Of a stretch of DNA of 64,000 bases, positions 12,432 to 25,684 are shown piece after piece. The first letter of the stretch is position 1. Each line of letters starts with the position of its first letter. The stretch covers positions 13,206,001-13,270,000 of the forward strand of contig CM120641.1 in the NCBI GenBank assembly GCA_051362555.1. The letters are read 5' to 3'. Below the pieces are notes generated by a model. That model was not told where the DNA came from and did not search any database. It worked only from the letters and a program-made list of their open reading frames with translations. This stretch comes from Lingula anatina (taxonomy: Eukaryota; Animalia; Brachiopoda). Position numbers and translations under genes: made by a program.

Positions 12432-14469
12432 ACATTGCTGTGGGTTATGTGAGATGCCTTTTTTTAATAGGTCTGGTCAAATATCTTCGGTTTAGATATA
12501 TCCTTCGATGAACACGATGGGCGGCAATAGAAAAGCGGTTCCCATGCAATACAAGATAAGACCAAGCGTGATTTATGAGGTTGCGGTCACTGTCAGTAAC
12601 AGTCATTTTGAGGCATTCGGTGGATTTATTCATCTACCTTTAGTTATGCTGTAAAGAATGTATAATGCAAAAAATATTTTTATCTTTTTTCCAAGTTTCA
12701 ATTATACAGCATTAAGGTAACTTAATTTATCTATTTTTAATATTAAGGAAAATAGTTTTGTATTATTGTTGAAAATAAACTTTTGTACTATTGAAATACT
12801 CATAAATATTGTCAAAGTCACACATCATGCAGCTTTTATGTGATTTTTATACATTTATATCATAATGTTTAAACGAGCTGAATGATATTAAGTATTACAA
12901 TTATTCAAGTACATTAGAAATATATATATTATATTATCACTAGATACATAACTCGAAAAAAGTGATATTATATCTTACTTTGAAAAAGCATGTTTAAACA
13001 TTTTATGTGTATTTGTTGAAGTTAATTATAAATAATGTAATAAATAACAGGAAATAACATATCAATTGTTCATTTTGTACTGCTCTGTGTAGTACATAAA
13101 TGATGTGCCGAATGAATATATCAAAAGGCAGTGTTAAAAAGATGTAACATTTTATATATTGAAATAAAAAATAATAATTAGACATCTTAAAGAATAATAT
13201 TTTAAATACAGTGCAGTTTCCATGATTGTTTTGAAAAGCTCAAACCTCTTGCAAATCACAGTTTATTGTAAACTCTTTAAGAAGTAAGGTATAAAAACGT
13301 TCTTTTAGTCATCAGTTGAAGTGAAACGAATCGGAGGTGATCCTTGGTGTACTTTTTATTGACAAGGGTATGTGTTAAACGTTTAATCTAAGATTAAGTA
13401 TACTGAATATTATTTAACATTTTAACACAAATCAGTATGCCGAAATTGAAAGGTGGGGGACTCAATGCTGTACACTCAGTTGTATGTCAGTCCAGATTAT
13501 ATTATGCGAGGGACTCTTTTTACAAGTACTCAGAATGTTCCATATAAAGCTTGTCATGGCTGGTAAGTGTATCCCAGTGTCAGTCTGACAATTGAAAAAA
13601 CCTACAAGATCATCTTTCCCCACACATATTCTTTATACATTTTGTCTGACCATGCACAAACAACAAAAGTCTAGATACCGCTTTGGAAAGTACCATTTCC
13701 ATCCTTAAGATCAAAGAAAAATGGCCGCTTTAATTCAAAATGAACTGCTGAGAAGAATTTTGAACGACATGATCACCCGTCCTAAATTCAATTTAATCAA
13801 AGACAAAGATGAGACGAGAAGGAAATATACGATATGACCACGGGTCACGGAGTGCTGGTGAAGCCTCACTCATTTGATAGTCATTCACGTGCCAAGATAG
13901 AAAATGTTAATTTTGACCAGTTGTCTTAAGATAGTTAAGATTAACAAAGAAATCTGTCTTTGAAATAGCAAAAAAGTGCGATAGGTCGATGAACTCGGTG
14001 ATACATTATAATAGGTCCTACGGTGTGTGTACTGATATAGAAGTCTTAGAGATATTTTCGTCCGAAGACCTCCGGTACGTCTTTAGAATATCATTAAGAC
14101 AAAAAATGTTACATGGGTAGAATGTCGCCACTTCGTTTTTTAAGCTCCCGTTTCATAAAAATAAAAAAGTATTTTTTCTTTAAAGTCTTTTGTTTGGCCT
14201 GGCTAAATTCTGTTTCAGAAACAAGCAAAAGGACCGTTTACCTCGTTTGATCTTAAATCTTATCAGCTATAGTCAGAAACCTTAGTAAGCAACATTTCTG
14301 ACAGATATAGTGGCAAAAACACACCAAAACCCGAGTTTCCATAGGATCAGCCAAAATCAGACTAATTCGTGACCTCTACCAGTGTGTATTGTTTGGCCCA
14401 ACAAAGGAAGAACCGTACTAGAAATGGATTTTACAAAATTATCTCTGTCAAATGCGTAAATAGACGCAT

Positions 14470-14824
14470 GTCTGGTTTTCATCAGAGAAAGCGTAGCTGC
14501 TGACGTCTGCATTCAAGTCACATGCGAAAGCCCATCTCGTTTTGGTCGTAACTTTCTGCTTCAGCATTGCAATGCTCCACCTCATCATCAATTTTACAGA
14601 CCAGGAAATTGAGCAAGTACAGTTGCCTGCTTATTGTCCTAATTTGAATCCCATTGAGCACTGCTGGCATGCTCTAGAACGTACATGTATTGTTAGTAGG
14701 AGAGAGTTCCAGCAGATTATACTGAATTTTTTTTTAACATCTTTATTCTCAAGAGGGTTAAATATTGTTGTAGTATAATTGAAGGTGGCAATTCGCCTAG
14801 GCATTACGTGCTCACCTTTGAAAT

Positions 14825-14878
<54 letters not shown>

Positions 14879-15397
14879 TTCAAGGAAATGACAGTGACGA
14901 GGACATGAGTGGCATTTGAGGGGAGTGAGGGACAGGGCATGAGAGAAAGGTACTGAATGAGCTGAGATGGGCTGTTGTCGATGGATGGGCTTACCCAGCC
15001 AATGATCCATCAACAAACTGAGGACACTGGTGGAGGCTTTACCAAGAATAGTTGACGTCATCCCTGGTCGTGGCAGCTACACCAGATACTGGATTAATTT
15101 AAATGTTTAATGACACAGCATTGTCTTAGTATGACTCTGTTATTCTTTAATTTCTCATGCTTCTTTGAACATGACATTTGGATTTACCTATGAATTGCCG
15201 ATAATTTACCGAACTACAAATTGATCGCCAATCACCAGAAAGAACCCAAACGAAAAAATAACGTGTAGTCTGACTTGAAGTTATTACACGAGATTATGAT
15301 GAAACACATTAATGAGCTAGTTGAATAATATATTTTGCCCTAGTTTGTACTTATAGAAATCGCTCTGTTGGAATATACCATTACTTTAGCAAGTGTG
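14470..15397 (+). mobile_element. Truncated Tc1 copy of the same family as 6552-7911, interrupted by an (AAT)n-containing insertion
   Basis: Peptide DQEIEQVQLPAYCPNLNPIEHCW. 3' sequence CAGAAAGAACCCAAACGAAAAAA matches the reverse complement of ~6686-6710. Degenerate TIR TTAGCAAGTGTG at ~15386-15397. Confidence 0.75.
14826..14877. repeat. (AAT)n microsatellite
   Basis: About 17 contiguous AAT units. Confidence 0.95.
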
Positions 15398-16534
15398 TTA
15401 AACTTTGTAGGCCTCACTGAGAGCAAAAACCAAAGGATTCGTGAGTTACATGGTATTCCGTTATTTTCACATGGAAATTCTTTTACATATAATTAGAAAT
15501 AAAAAAGACTCTCAGGTGGCGGCGTACCAACAAGATCACTTGTAATATATAACCGTTACTTTGAACTTATTATAATGGGATTATATCAAATTTGAACTAT
15601 CCATCTATTAAGTTTAAAATAAAACTTTATTTATGTTTTGCCTCAATTCATTGTCGATGAGCAGTCATTCACGACCGAAGGACGGCATAACCTGTTGTTT
15701 CTCGGGAAATTTTCCAATTATCAAAGATATCCTGGTAATCAGAGTAGTTTACAGGCATTGAAGATGAATACGATTATTATGCTCAATATGTCTGACCTGA
15801 TTTTCATATTTAAGTCAGTCATAGGTTATATAGCAATAACGCCCAAAGGTACCTGGGAAAATGCAGATCCACATGAATAAGAACGGTGACCTAATTCAAA
15901 AGGAAGTTACTGCTTGCACTGCACTGTCTGCACACAATATGAGTTAACACCCACTTTTAAAGAGTAAGACAACCGCAACGGTCTCTGAATTTAAGTCATG
16001 CAGACGGGGGAGAATTAAGTAGTTGCCAAGATCATAAGGATATATGAATCTTGCGAATAAATGAGTACGAAATGTTTATACGTACAGTTGTCATTAGTCT
16101 TTTTGACGCATGGTAGTGTGGTTGCCTCCATATATTCTCTAACCAGTGTGGAATAGAAGTGCATTAGTCATCTTCGAATAAGGCGTTTAGTCATTTAAGG
16201 TATCACTTTGTGTACATGCCTATTGACAAGTATTATAGCATGTTTTTTATTTCTGTAAATACTATTTTGAATATACACCTGAGTTTTTCATATAACAGCT
16301 CTTGTATTAATGAATGTATTCATTGTTATTGAAACTTTAATTGATATCAGGTGCACAAGGTTGTATATCCATGTGCTACAAAAACTTACTTCTTATGACA
16401 TTGTTTCAACTTGGTATTCAAAACAGGTTTGTGCTCTTTTGTGCATTGCACTTTTTCATTTCTTTAAAGCAATGACGTTCACAATAACATTTAACATTTT
16501 GAGAATCCCATTAAACAGAAACGCTGGTGTCACG

Positions 16535-19202
16535 ATGAACCCACAGGATGAGGAGCCAACTATGTCGAATACAGTCGACCCACATCCAGTGTCTTTATTG
16601 CATCGTTCAGAAACAATATTGAGTGGAGGCAAGTCAAAATGGGCTTTGGCAATTGATCCAATGGACGGCAAGCAAACTGACCCAAGAGAAAAAGAGAGGA
16701 AGATCAGGCAGTGTTTGATTGTTTTCGCCGCCTTTATCACCTTTTTTTGTGTCTGTGGCTTTGCCTATTCAATTGGTGTATACTTCGAAGAATTTCTTCA
16801 TGTTTTCCAACAAAGAGCTGGCGACACTGCGTGGGTGGGGTCATTAAATTTTGGCATGCTTTGTTTGTCAGGTAAAAGGCACTATAATTTAAATAATTTT
16901 GAGGAAAAGATAAACAGTGATGAAATTGAGCCGGTATAGTTTGTTTCCTTTATCTAAACAGTAGGTGGAAGAGTTTTATACATGTTATCATCTCTCTTGG
17001 TTCAAAGGCGGATACAGATGCTGTAACAAGTCAGATGTCACACTATTTATGGTTTGATGGAGGAGTTTGAAATGTAACATAAGAGAGAGAGAGAGAGAAT
17101 TCTCTTCGGCTTTTAACCACAGTAGCACGAAACTGATCATTTCTAATTTGACTACTGAATTAATGCCCAATTTAGTCTTATATTTCTAGGCCCAGTCAGC
17201 AGCATCGTGTCAGAGCGTTTCAGTTGCCGTGTCGTTGTCATGGTTGGTGGTCTCACTGCCTGCGCAGGTCTTGTACTCAGCGCTTTTGCTACCAGTATTT
17301 CGTATCTCTACGTTACACTTGGTATATTAACAGGTATTTATTGCATGATCGTGCTGTGCCAACTTGACGTTTCGTACAGGGGCGTGTAAGGGCCACAACA
17401 CTACGACACAACAACACACACAAATCTCAAAAAGAACGACACAACATACACAAATCCCAAAACAGAAAAAGGAGCAGATGTTTATGCATGTTATTGTGTC
17501 GTTCTTTTTGTGTTGTGAGATTTTTGTGTGTTATTGTGTTGTGATTTTTGTGTTGTGGACCTTACACGCTTCCGTAGTTTTGCATACTTGACACGATACT
17601 AATTCCAGTTTCCGCATTGCTGCCAGAGAGTTGTATGCACCCTGTTTTTCTGTACTTTTCACTGAGTTAAGAAAATTATTCGTTAGATATTCCCCTTTGG
17701 ATGCTGTGTATGTGTATTGAAGAAGCGTTTGTTTTTAAATATCTACTGAGGTGCGATTACATACAGTATTGTCATTTTGTAGGGTTCGGCTTTGGACTCT
17801 GCTTCAGCGCCACCGTTTTCGTTGTGAGCCTTGCCTTCGATCGCCACAGGAGCCTAGCTATGGGGATTAGTATGTCAGGAGTAGGCGCCGGAATGGTAGT
17901 GCAACCATATCTGATCGAGTATCTGATTCACCGTTATGGATGGAGAGGATCCATGCTGATTCTAGCAGGACTGATGCTACAGAGCGTCGTTTGTGGTGCC
18001 CTCATGAAACTTCCCACTGCTAAATATATGACATGCTCGCCAGAATGTGAAAGGGCTTCAGAAAGAAAACCCAAAATCATAGATTTGGGCATATTTGTCA
18101 ATTTCAATTATGTTGCTCTCACTGCCAATATTTTTCTCTTCTGTTTGGGGATGTCTGTGGTTCTTGTCCATTTACCACACGTTGCAGACACCTTGTCTTT
18201 CTCACACGACCAGAGTGCGCTTCTCATCTCCATTATTGGAATCACCAACACTATAGGACGCACGTTATCGGGTGTGGTAGGCAATTTACATTTCGTCAAT
18301 GTCACCCTATTATACGGACTGTCCTACGTGATTGCTGGTTTGGCTACATTATTTTATCCATCTTCCGGTCACTATGCAGTAATGGTTATTTGCTCTGTTA
18401 TCTATGGATTATTCACCGCTGCGTTTGGATCTTTGTTGTCTGATGTTCTGTTACGGATTATAGGAAAGGACAGATTTACTGCTGGCTACGGGATGTTGAT
18501 GGTATTTGGAGGCATAGGGACAACACTGGGGGCCCCTTTGGCAGGTTTGTTTTATTTACAAGTTATTATTGTACTAAATCTAATTCCATACACATAACTA
18601 AAAAACGCACTCTGCGACTGTAGACCTCCGCCAAAGATCCTGCACTGATAAATTGTGGTAGTTGAGAGCACATCCATTTCACAAGATCAAGGTCATTAAT
18701 TAAAACTTTTTTTTGCAATGATGAAGAAATCATTGAAAAATGCTTAAGAAATTATGATCCGGATCACAACAGAGACTTAATAGTGATTAGATTTTAGTGG
18801 TGACCCGGTTCACTGGGGATCCTATTTCTTTTTCAAATGAGCTTGTTCATGACCTAGTTATCACAAAAATTATTGAATGCAGCTCTGAAGTGAACAGAGG
18901 AATTGTCGAATACTAGAAAATATTTAAAAGATCGCTCAATATTACGGAGTAATTATCGTATCAGTATAACTTTATATATTGTAGGATGGCTATACGACGG
19001 TCTACACGACTACCAGCCATCTTTTTACCTGGGTGGTGGGGCCCTTACACTCAGTGGACTGATCATGTTTATTCCTTGGAAATTTGAGAATTATCCAACC
19101 AACAGTACCAAGAAAAACACAATAGGCTTCCTTGAGTGTGAAAAGGTGATCCCTGACATACTGACAGAGAAGGTCCCTACGGAAGAAATATTAGTTGTGT
19201 GA
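16535..19202 (+). CDS. SLC16/monocarboxylate-transporter family MFS protein, tandem copy 2 (~486 aa)
   Basis: Exons 16535-16871, 17190-17333, 17783-18544, 18985-19202; same phases and internal exon lengths (144, 762) as copy 1; 1461 nt in frame to TGA; same start context GTCACGATGAACCCACAG. Confidence 0.92.
17377..17574. mobile_element. Fold-back MITE with TA TSD (Tc1/mariner-type) in intron 2 of MCT copy 2
   Basis: TA-CAGGGGCGTGTAAGGGCCACAACAC...GTGTTGTGGACCTTACACGCTTCCG-TA, palindromic over most of its length. Absent at the homologous position in copy 1 intron 2. Confidence 0.8.
18594..18880. mobile_element. Possible HINE/Helentron-like fragment in intron 3 of MCT copy 2
   Basis: GACCTCCGCCAA, CAAGGTCA and GATCCGGATCA motifs typical of such elements; no counterpart in copy 1. 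Confidence 0.3.
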
Positions 19203-19999
19203 GTAGAATATATATAAATTTGTTTTAGCATTATTTAATTTTTAAATGATTTTCATTTCTTTAACTCTTTATATGGGTATGTTTGATATCATTATGTAAA
19301 AATAATTCAATACAGCATTTATAGCATATTTTGTTTTCATTATTGAATTGTTGTATATTACTGTATGTGAGAAATGTTGTCTTAGATGAATTTTTTTCTT
19401 GTCAGATCTAATAGAATATCTTCGGTTTGAATATCTATGGATGGAAATGGAAAAAGGGTACCCATGCCATACAGGACAAGAACAAGCGTGGTTTATGAGG
19501 CTGTGTTATATAAATTCTGTTAAAGACATCTGGTTTCACTTTCCTTAAATTATGCTATAAAGGTTACATACATGTTTAATGTGAGAAAAAATTAAGACGG
19601 CAATTCTGTGATACTCTGTGATACTTAATTGTAATTCTGCAATCATTCAAGTATGAAAATGTATATTGTCACTTGATACTAAAATATTTATAATACATTT
19701 ATATATTACAAGCAGCTTATTTTTATTCTTTAAAGTAATAATAATAATAATAATAAATCATTTTCTTCGCTTTTTTCCCTATTTTATCTGACTGATAATT
19801 GAAAATAATTATTCAAATCGTGTTTTAAAAACTTTTAACAATCTCTTCAGTCACTCTGTGACATCAGTTCCTTATGAAGCTAACAAAAATACAACAATCA
19901 TTAATAGCGTTATTTAGATCTCCATATATTCTTCATTTTCGTCTGTGAAGAAGCTGTACGATCCTCAAAGGACGCTCATGTCGGTGTCTAGTCACAGTA

Positions 20000-20750
20000 A
20001 CGGACAGTGGTGGGTCTGGCGTCATCTGACTACCAGCAAGGCTCTCGAGTGGGAGGCATTCCTTCTGACAGGTTTTTGATCTGAAATAAAATTCCTGGCA
20101 TCGGTCAGAGCATGTCCAACTTGGTTTAGGTGTACTATAGGACTATTATAATGACTACTAACAGATTGTCTGTAAGGTTCAAATCTGGCGATCTTAATTA
20201 CATAATTGGCTCTGAAAGTAATCTGCTAATACATAGGATCTGTGTGGACGGACATTGGTAAAAAATTATTCCTGAGGTGCCTACCCTCCCCCCCCCCCCC
20301 CCAAAAAAAAGGGGGGATGCAGGCTCGTGGTTTCAACAATATTCCTGTATTTGACGTGGTTAAGGTTTCCATCGATGACTACTATTGGTGTTTTGGCACC
20401 AATGTGAATTCCACTCGAAATACTGATGCTGTCATCCCCGTCAGTCACTCTAGGAGCAACACACGCTTCATCGTTGGCCTCTTCGGATTTCTGTGAATTC
20501 ACATTTGACCCACCTTGGCGGTACAGATGAAATCTGACCTCAAAAGTGAGAGCCGCATGATTTCCAATGTTGTCCGCTCCACCGTTTATGCTGCCCAACT
20601 CATTAGAAAAACAGTCGGCAATGTTGTGCTGTTCACAGCGACTTCTTCAGAAGTCTTATAGTGTAGTAACCTGCTAAAACCAGTCTAGTGTTCGCAAAGG
20701 GCCCTTAGTTAAAATCGCTCTCGATGGCAATTGTGAAGCGAACAGGTTGC
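20000..20750 (-). mobile_element. Decayed Tc1-like transposase remnant
   Basis: Minus-strand peptide SISISSGIHIGAKTPIVVIDGNLNHVKYRNIVE, plus SPDLN (reverse complement of ~20177-20191). Boundaries approximate. Confidence 0.7.
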
Positions 20751-21129
20751 CTTTGTTTAGTTACGGCAGCAAAACCGTAAGAACAATGGATCCTGTTTCC
20801 TGGTGGTAAGTTGTGGATGCCCTAGACATCGCTTCTGCGGAGGTACACCAGTCTAGACATACCTCTGAAAGATTGTGCCGATCGTTCCTTGCTACACAAT
20901 AACCTGTCTGGTGCATAACAGCAATGCTGTGACACACTGTTTCGCTGAATTCACCCGACCGTTAAACTGGTTATTTTCAAAATCATCTATGCAGGCATAA
21001 CCGAAATATAGAGAGTTTCTTAACAGAACTACTACAGTACAATGCATGCTCTCCAAAAGCCATTCTAGGATCAGCCCAATGAAATTATCGCACATTACAT
21101 AATGCAGACGTGTTACAGACAAGACAGTC

Positions 21130-21865
21130 AATTAATTGGTACTGACACACCTGACAAAGAATATCACTGCTCTCCATACCTGGAAAAGTCTTCTGCGGAG
21201 TTATTAAAGAGAGGGTTTGGAAAGGAGTAGAAGAAAAACTGAGATATGAACAAGCAGCATATAGAAAAGGGCACGGGACAGCTGAACAGATTTTTATATC
21301 GCGAAATATTGTCAAACAATGTATTGAGTGCCAATCGCCGCTGTACATTAACTTTATCAACTTCCGTAAGGCTTTCGATAGCGTTAACAGGGAGAAGCTC
21401 TGGAAGGTCCTGTCTTAGGGAATCCCTAATCTTTTCATTGATATCATCAAAGAGGTGTACAGTGGAAGCAGTAGCCGTGCCATCAACAACGGACAGTCAA
21501 CACAGTGGTTCTTGGTCAAAACTGTAATTCGACAAGGCTGTGTAATGCCAGGGTTCTTTTTCATTGTTGCTGTGGGTTGGATCATGAGGAAAACAACCAG
21601 CGGAAGAAGAAGAAGGAACTTTATCACCCTGCTTGAGGACTTGAATTATGCTGATGATAATGCCCTCCTACATTTTATCTAGTACTAGTAAGAACCAGCA
21701 CATGCAGGAAAAAAGGACATGCTGAAAACACAGGTCTTCAAATTAACACAGACAAAACCAAGGTGTTGAGGCTAAATAAAAAAGAATCTAGCCCTACTGA
21801 GATCAGAGGGAGAAACATTGAAGATAAAGATACTTTCAAACATCTTGCTGCTATAATAACTTACA
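21130..21865 (+). mobile_element. RTE-clade LINE reverse transcriptase remnant (frameshifted)
   Basis: Plus-strand peptides KLRYEQAAYRKGHGTAEQIF...LYINFINFRKAFDSVNREKLWKVL, IRQGCVMPGFFF and LEDLNYADDNALL. Confidence 0.88.
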
Positions 21866-24451
21866 CCACACAAAATATACATGACTGTGAGACAGGTCTA
21901 TGAAAAAGTACAAACTTATTTCGTGAAAGAGACGAGGAGAGGATACTCGACCCGTAGCCTCCTTCGCCGCCTTCTCTTAGGGTAATTAGAACCATATTGG
22001 CGGCCATGGGCATAACCCCTGTTGGTTATTTACATGTAGGTTAATATGAATACAATGGTCATAGCGATACCAACACAAGCCCGTGTTTTGGTGGCATTTT
22101 TATGGTAAAGGTCACTTGAATTCAAAACGACTGAGAAGGATTTGAAACAATATAGAGAAAAGATTCTCTGGCACCCGTCGCGAAATCAATTCAGATCAAA
22201 CTAAGACTTGTAATAAAGTCCAGAAAAAAAAGAAAATATGTGATATTATCACTTGTCAAGCAGTGCAGTTTAAAACCTCATCCATTTGATTTTACAGAAA
22301 GTCGATCACATGCAAGTGTAGGGAAATCAAATTCAATAGTCTAGTTGTCTTAAGTTATCTGACATCTCACATTAAGTTACAATTGAGTCACAGGCACAAT
22401 AATTACCAAAATACGTTTTCAAAACAACAGGAAAGAGAGAGTTAATGGCCGGTGAACTCGGCGATACACAACGGTTGGCAGAATGACCAGCTTACCCCGA
22501 TACATATATACATGTACTACAGATTAATGAGCTGCCCGCCGTGCTACCAAGTTGATGTCTAATTAAGTTGATGGAACACGTCCTGCATTTCATCACTGCG
22601 GGTTTCAGCAATATCATGTCAATGGTTCAAGGTCATCACGTGCTACTCGATGAATAGCTTTCAATAATTTATTTGCTCCATTTCCAATATAATACACACA
22701 GATATGTTCACTTGAAGTTACAGTAAATAATGGTAAAATGCAAGGTTTACAGCCTGTTATTGTTTCTACAAACCGCTTGCTTGAAACCTGTAAACAAAAA
22801 GAAAGACGGCAGTTATGTTCCCTTAGCTACCACGCTATCGCACACGGGTGCTTTGATAACAGCGTGCATCAGACTAGCAATGAGATGTGCAAAGCCACAC
22901 CTAGTTGCTGAAATACCCAGAAAAAAACGGGGCATTAAGTACCGCTCAGTATGGCTCATTGTGGACCGTTACAACACAAGGGAAAAAGGAAGTGAGCACT
23001 TATTGGCACCACTGTACTGTAACTTTTTCATCCGATTCAGCCGTGCTAGTTCTATGCAAGTGATCTTGTTAGTTTGTATCCTAACACTCCTGACCTTTTT
23101 TTTTTTTTTTTTTTTTTTTGCAAAATATTTTATTATGGCGTGGACGACAAGTGCCTTCTGCAATATACGTATACAACATTAAAACACTTTGTTCAAAATA
23201 ATTCATAAAAAGCATTCGGCTGCTTATGACTATTTAATGCCTGCTTGCCCTTGCTACGAAACAAACTGGTTTGAGGCAGATGTAACAAATGGCGCAGTGT
23301 ACACCGATTTACTTTCTAGTTCACGTAAAACTGGCACGTGATAAATGGCTATGATTCAGGTAAATGTGCAGCCTACTACGGTCATAGAACTGTTCCAGCA
23401 GTGTCAAGCTGAAGTTAATAAAAACAATGATCATGAAACAGTTTCTAAATACACCTTACACGATTTACCGATATTGCCTCATTTCTTACAATAGTCGTGA
23501 CGTAGCGCTGACAGCCTTGTCCTATTTGTATATTAATGGCAGTAAATAGCAATGATGAGCCCTGTTCATTCAGGGGTGAATATACGACTACCAAATCTAG
23601 TTCTAACCAGTTTGGTCCAGGTAGAACAAGATCTGGACATGGGATTTGGCTTCCTTTAGGCCAGCACACCATTAAGCGTGCGCCACACTCTGCGCTTGCC
23701 GTACCCGGGGTAAGTAGTGCTATTTCAAAGCTGACATCGCTTATCGCAACATCTCATAATAATTTAACAAAAGCAAAATAAAACCTGTCTGTGCTGACCG
23801 CAAATGTTATAAATTAACAGGACAGTGAATTGTTTGCAAATTTCAAAGGTAAACCATACGTAACATATCACATGAAAAACGATTTTCTTAGAACATGATG
23901 CCCATATATAACATTTTAATTATTTATATAAGAAGGTGCTTTTTTTCGAAAAAAATAGTTTTGGTTATTTTTGTTGTTGACAGGTAAGAGTGGACTGCAC
24001 TCAGTATTCTTGCATATATTTGTCGATAAACCCACATCAAAAAAGCAAAAGGATAATACTGTCTGCGCCCAAAACGCAATTTTACAGCATCAGAGAATGC
24101 CGCCCAATGGATCCCATTTGGCAATATATAAGGTTTAATGAATTTCAAAAATAGCCTCGGACAGTCCACTGGTTGCCATTGTATAAATTTGAGCTGATGG
24201 GCATCAATTTACAGGTGAAGATCAGACCTGCTAATGTTCCTATGAACAGTATCTGTTTATGCGTACTAGTTTATGTCTGAACTTATGCGTGCGGCCTGAG
24301 GCTAATTTTACGCCACTTCTGACACAAAGAACGCCGTAGACACTGCGCAAAGAATTGTTAACTCCTCTTATTGTTGAGTATCTATTTTCTATTCGGAGTT
24401 AAGTGCAGTTTAAACCGTAACCTCAAAAACAAGCCATATTTTTCTGTTTTT

Positions 24452-24452
<1 letters not shown>

Positions 24453-24503
<51 letters not shown>
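24453..24503. repeat. (AT)n microsatellite
   Basis: Near-perfect AT run of ~50 bp. Confidence 0.9.
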
Positions 24504-24506
<3 letters not shown>

Positions 24507-25684
24507 GGCTCTATGAAAAATATTTTATGTGCAAACACTGATGTGAGTGTACATATAGCCGTCGCCAGCGTCTGTCCTTGTTGTCTCTGCAAGTGCCGTT
24601 GCGGGCGTTACACACTGTAAGTTTCCACCTTGTGGACAGTGTGTTTTCTCTACAATATTAACTGCTCATATCTATCTTATAGAGTTAAACCATAGGTAAT
24701 TGCTCAACAAGACATTATAAAAGATATTACATTAAAGGCGACACATTGTAATTGTGCAAAACTTATGTTGCAGCCAATATTACCAGGTTACCAGCATGCA
24801 AGCTACGCTATTTTATCCTGTATTTTTGTTTGTATTGAGTTACCAGAAAGTATGGCGTGCACTGTGTATTTAAATGTATATAAAATAATGAGAGTGAATT
24901 AATGCAGGTGGCTGGAAATGGGGAGCACCGATTGGGGATAGTGTATGATATCAGAGAGAGATCTGGAATTGTGTGTATCACGAGCATCATCATGCCACTT
25001 GGCCGTATCTTTTTTCCAGTTCATTTTTTTTCTGCAGCGGTATGATTCCAACCTTATTCTACAGACATCTACCAGGTATATGCGAAGAGCATGAATGATA
25101 ATCACCTGTTTTACAGGCACCTGTATTAGCTGCTTTCTGGTACACGTGACTGGTGTGTGCTATCTGTATAATCTCAAGTGTACAGAAGAGACCTGTTGGC
25201 TAGCTCAATGATTTATACTTTGACATATACCTGGAAGCATCCTTGACCAGTTCTGGGAACTATCGTAGTTCACGGAACCTTGAATTATTTCAGATACAAT
25301 GTTAGCGGTGTGTTTTATGTTGATTATTCAGTATATAAAGCTATGCACTACTTTTATACTCACATACAAAAAGGTAACTAGAATGGGTGCATTAGGTATA
25401 GCTTGCTATCGTATTTGCGTTTAGGTATGGCATTAATGCAGGACAAGGAAATTTGGAAGGGTCCCAGACCCGTTGTAACGCTCTCAGTAAAGGCCAATTT
25501 TTTGCATCTATTCGGGGAACAGACTGGGAAGAAGGCCCTGGATAACCTGATCGAACCGATTAGGAAATTTCCATAAGCTTTTCCCGCTTACGTTAATTAT
25601 CCTTTCCAAATTTCCTGGCCGCAATGTCTATAAAGATGTGTTGTTTGGTACTCTAGGATACATTCACCACACCCGAGTGGCACC

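Noticed and set aside
14825-15061. ORF ending in poly-Tyr
   Set aside because: It is the translation of the (AAT)n microsatellite within a Tc1 remnant.
16310-16534. 75-codon N-terminal extension of MCT copy 2 in the ORF track
   Set aside because: It spans a probable 5'UTR exon and intron (CAG|GTTTGT) and is not open in the coding frame of copy 1. ATG 16535 matches the copy 1 start.
22730-23182. 150-aa intergenic ORF (also 34686-35069)
   Set aside because: Runs through poly-T tracts, has no recognisable domain and no exon structure.
25195-25290. tRNA/SINE-like A box (TAGCTCAATG)
   Set aside because: No convincing B box or cloverleaf.
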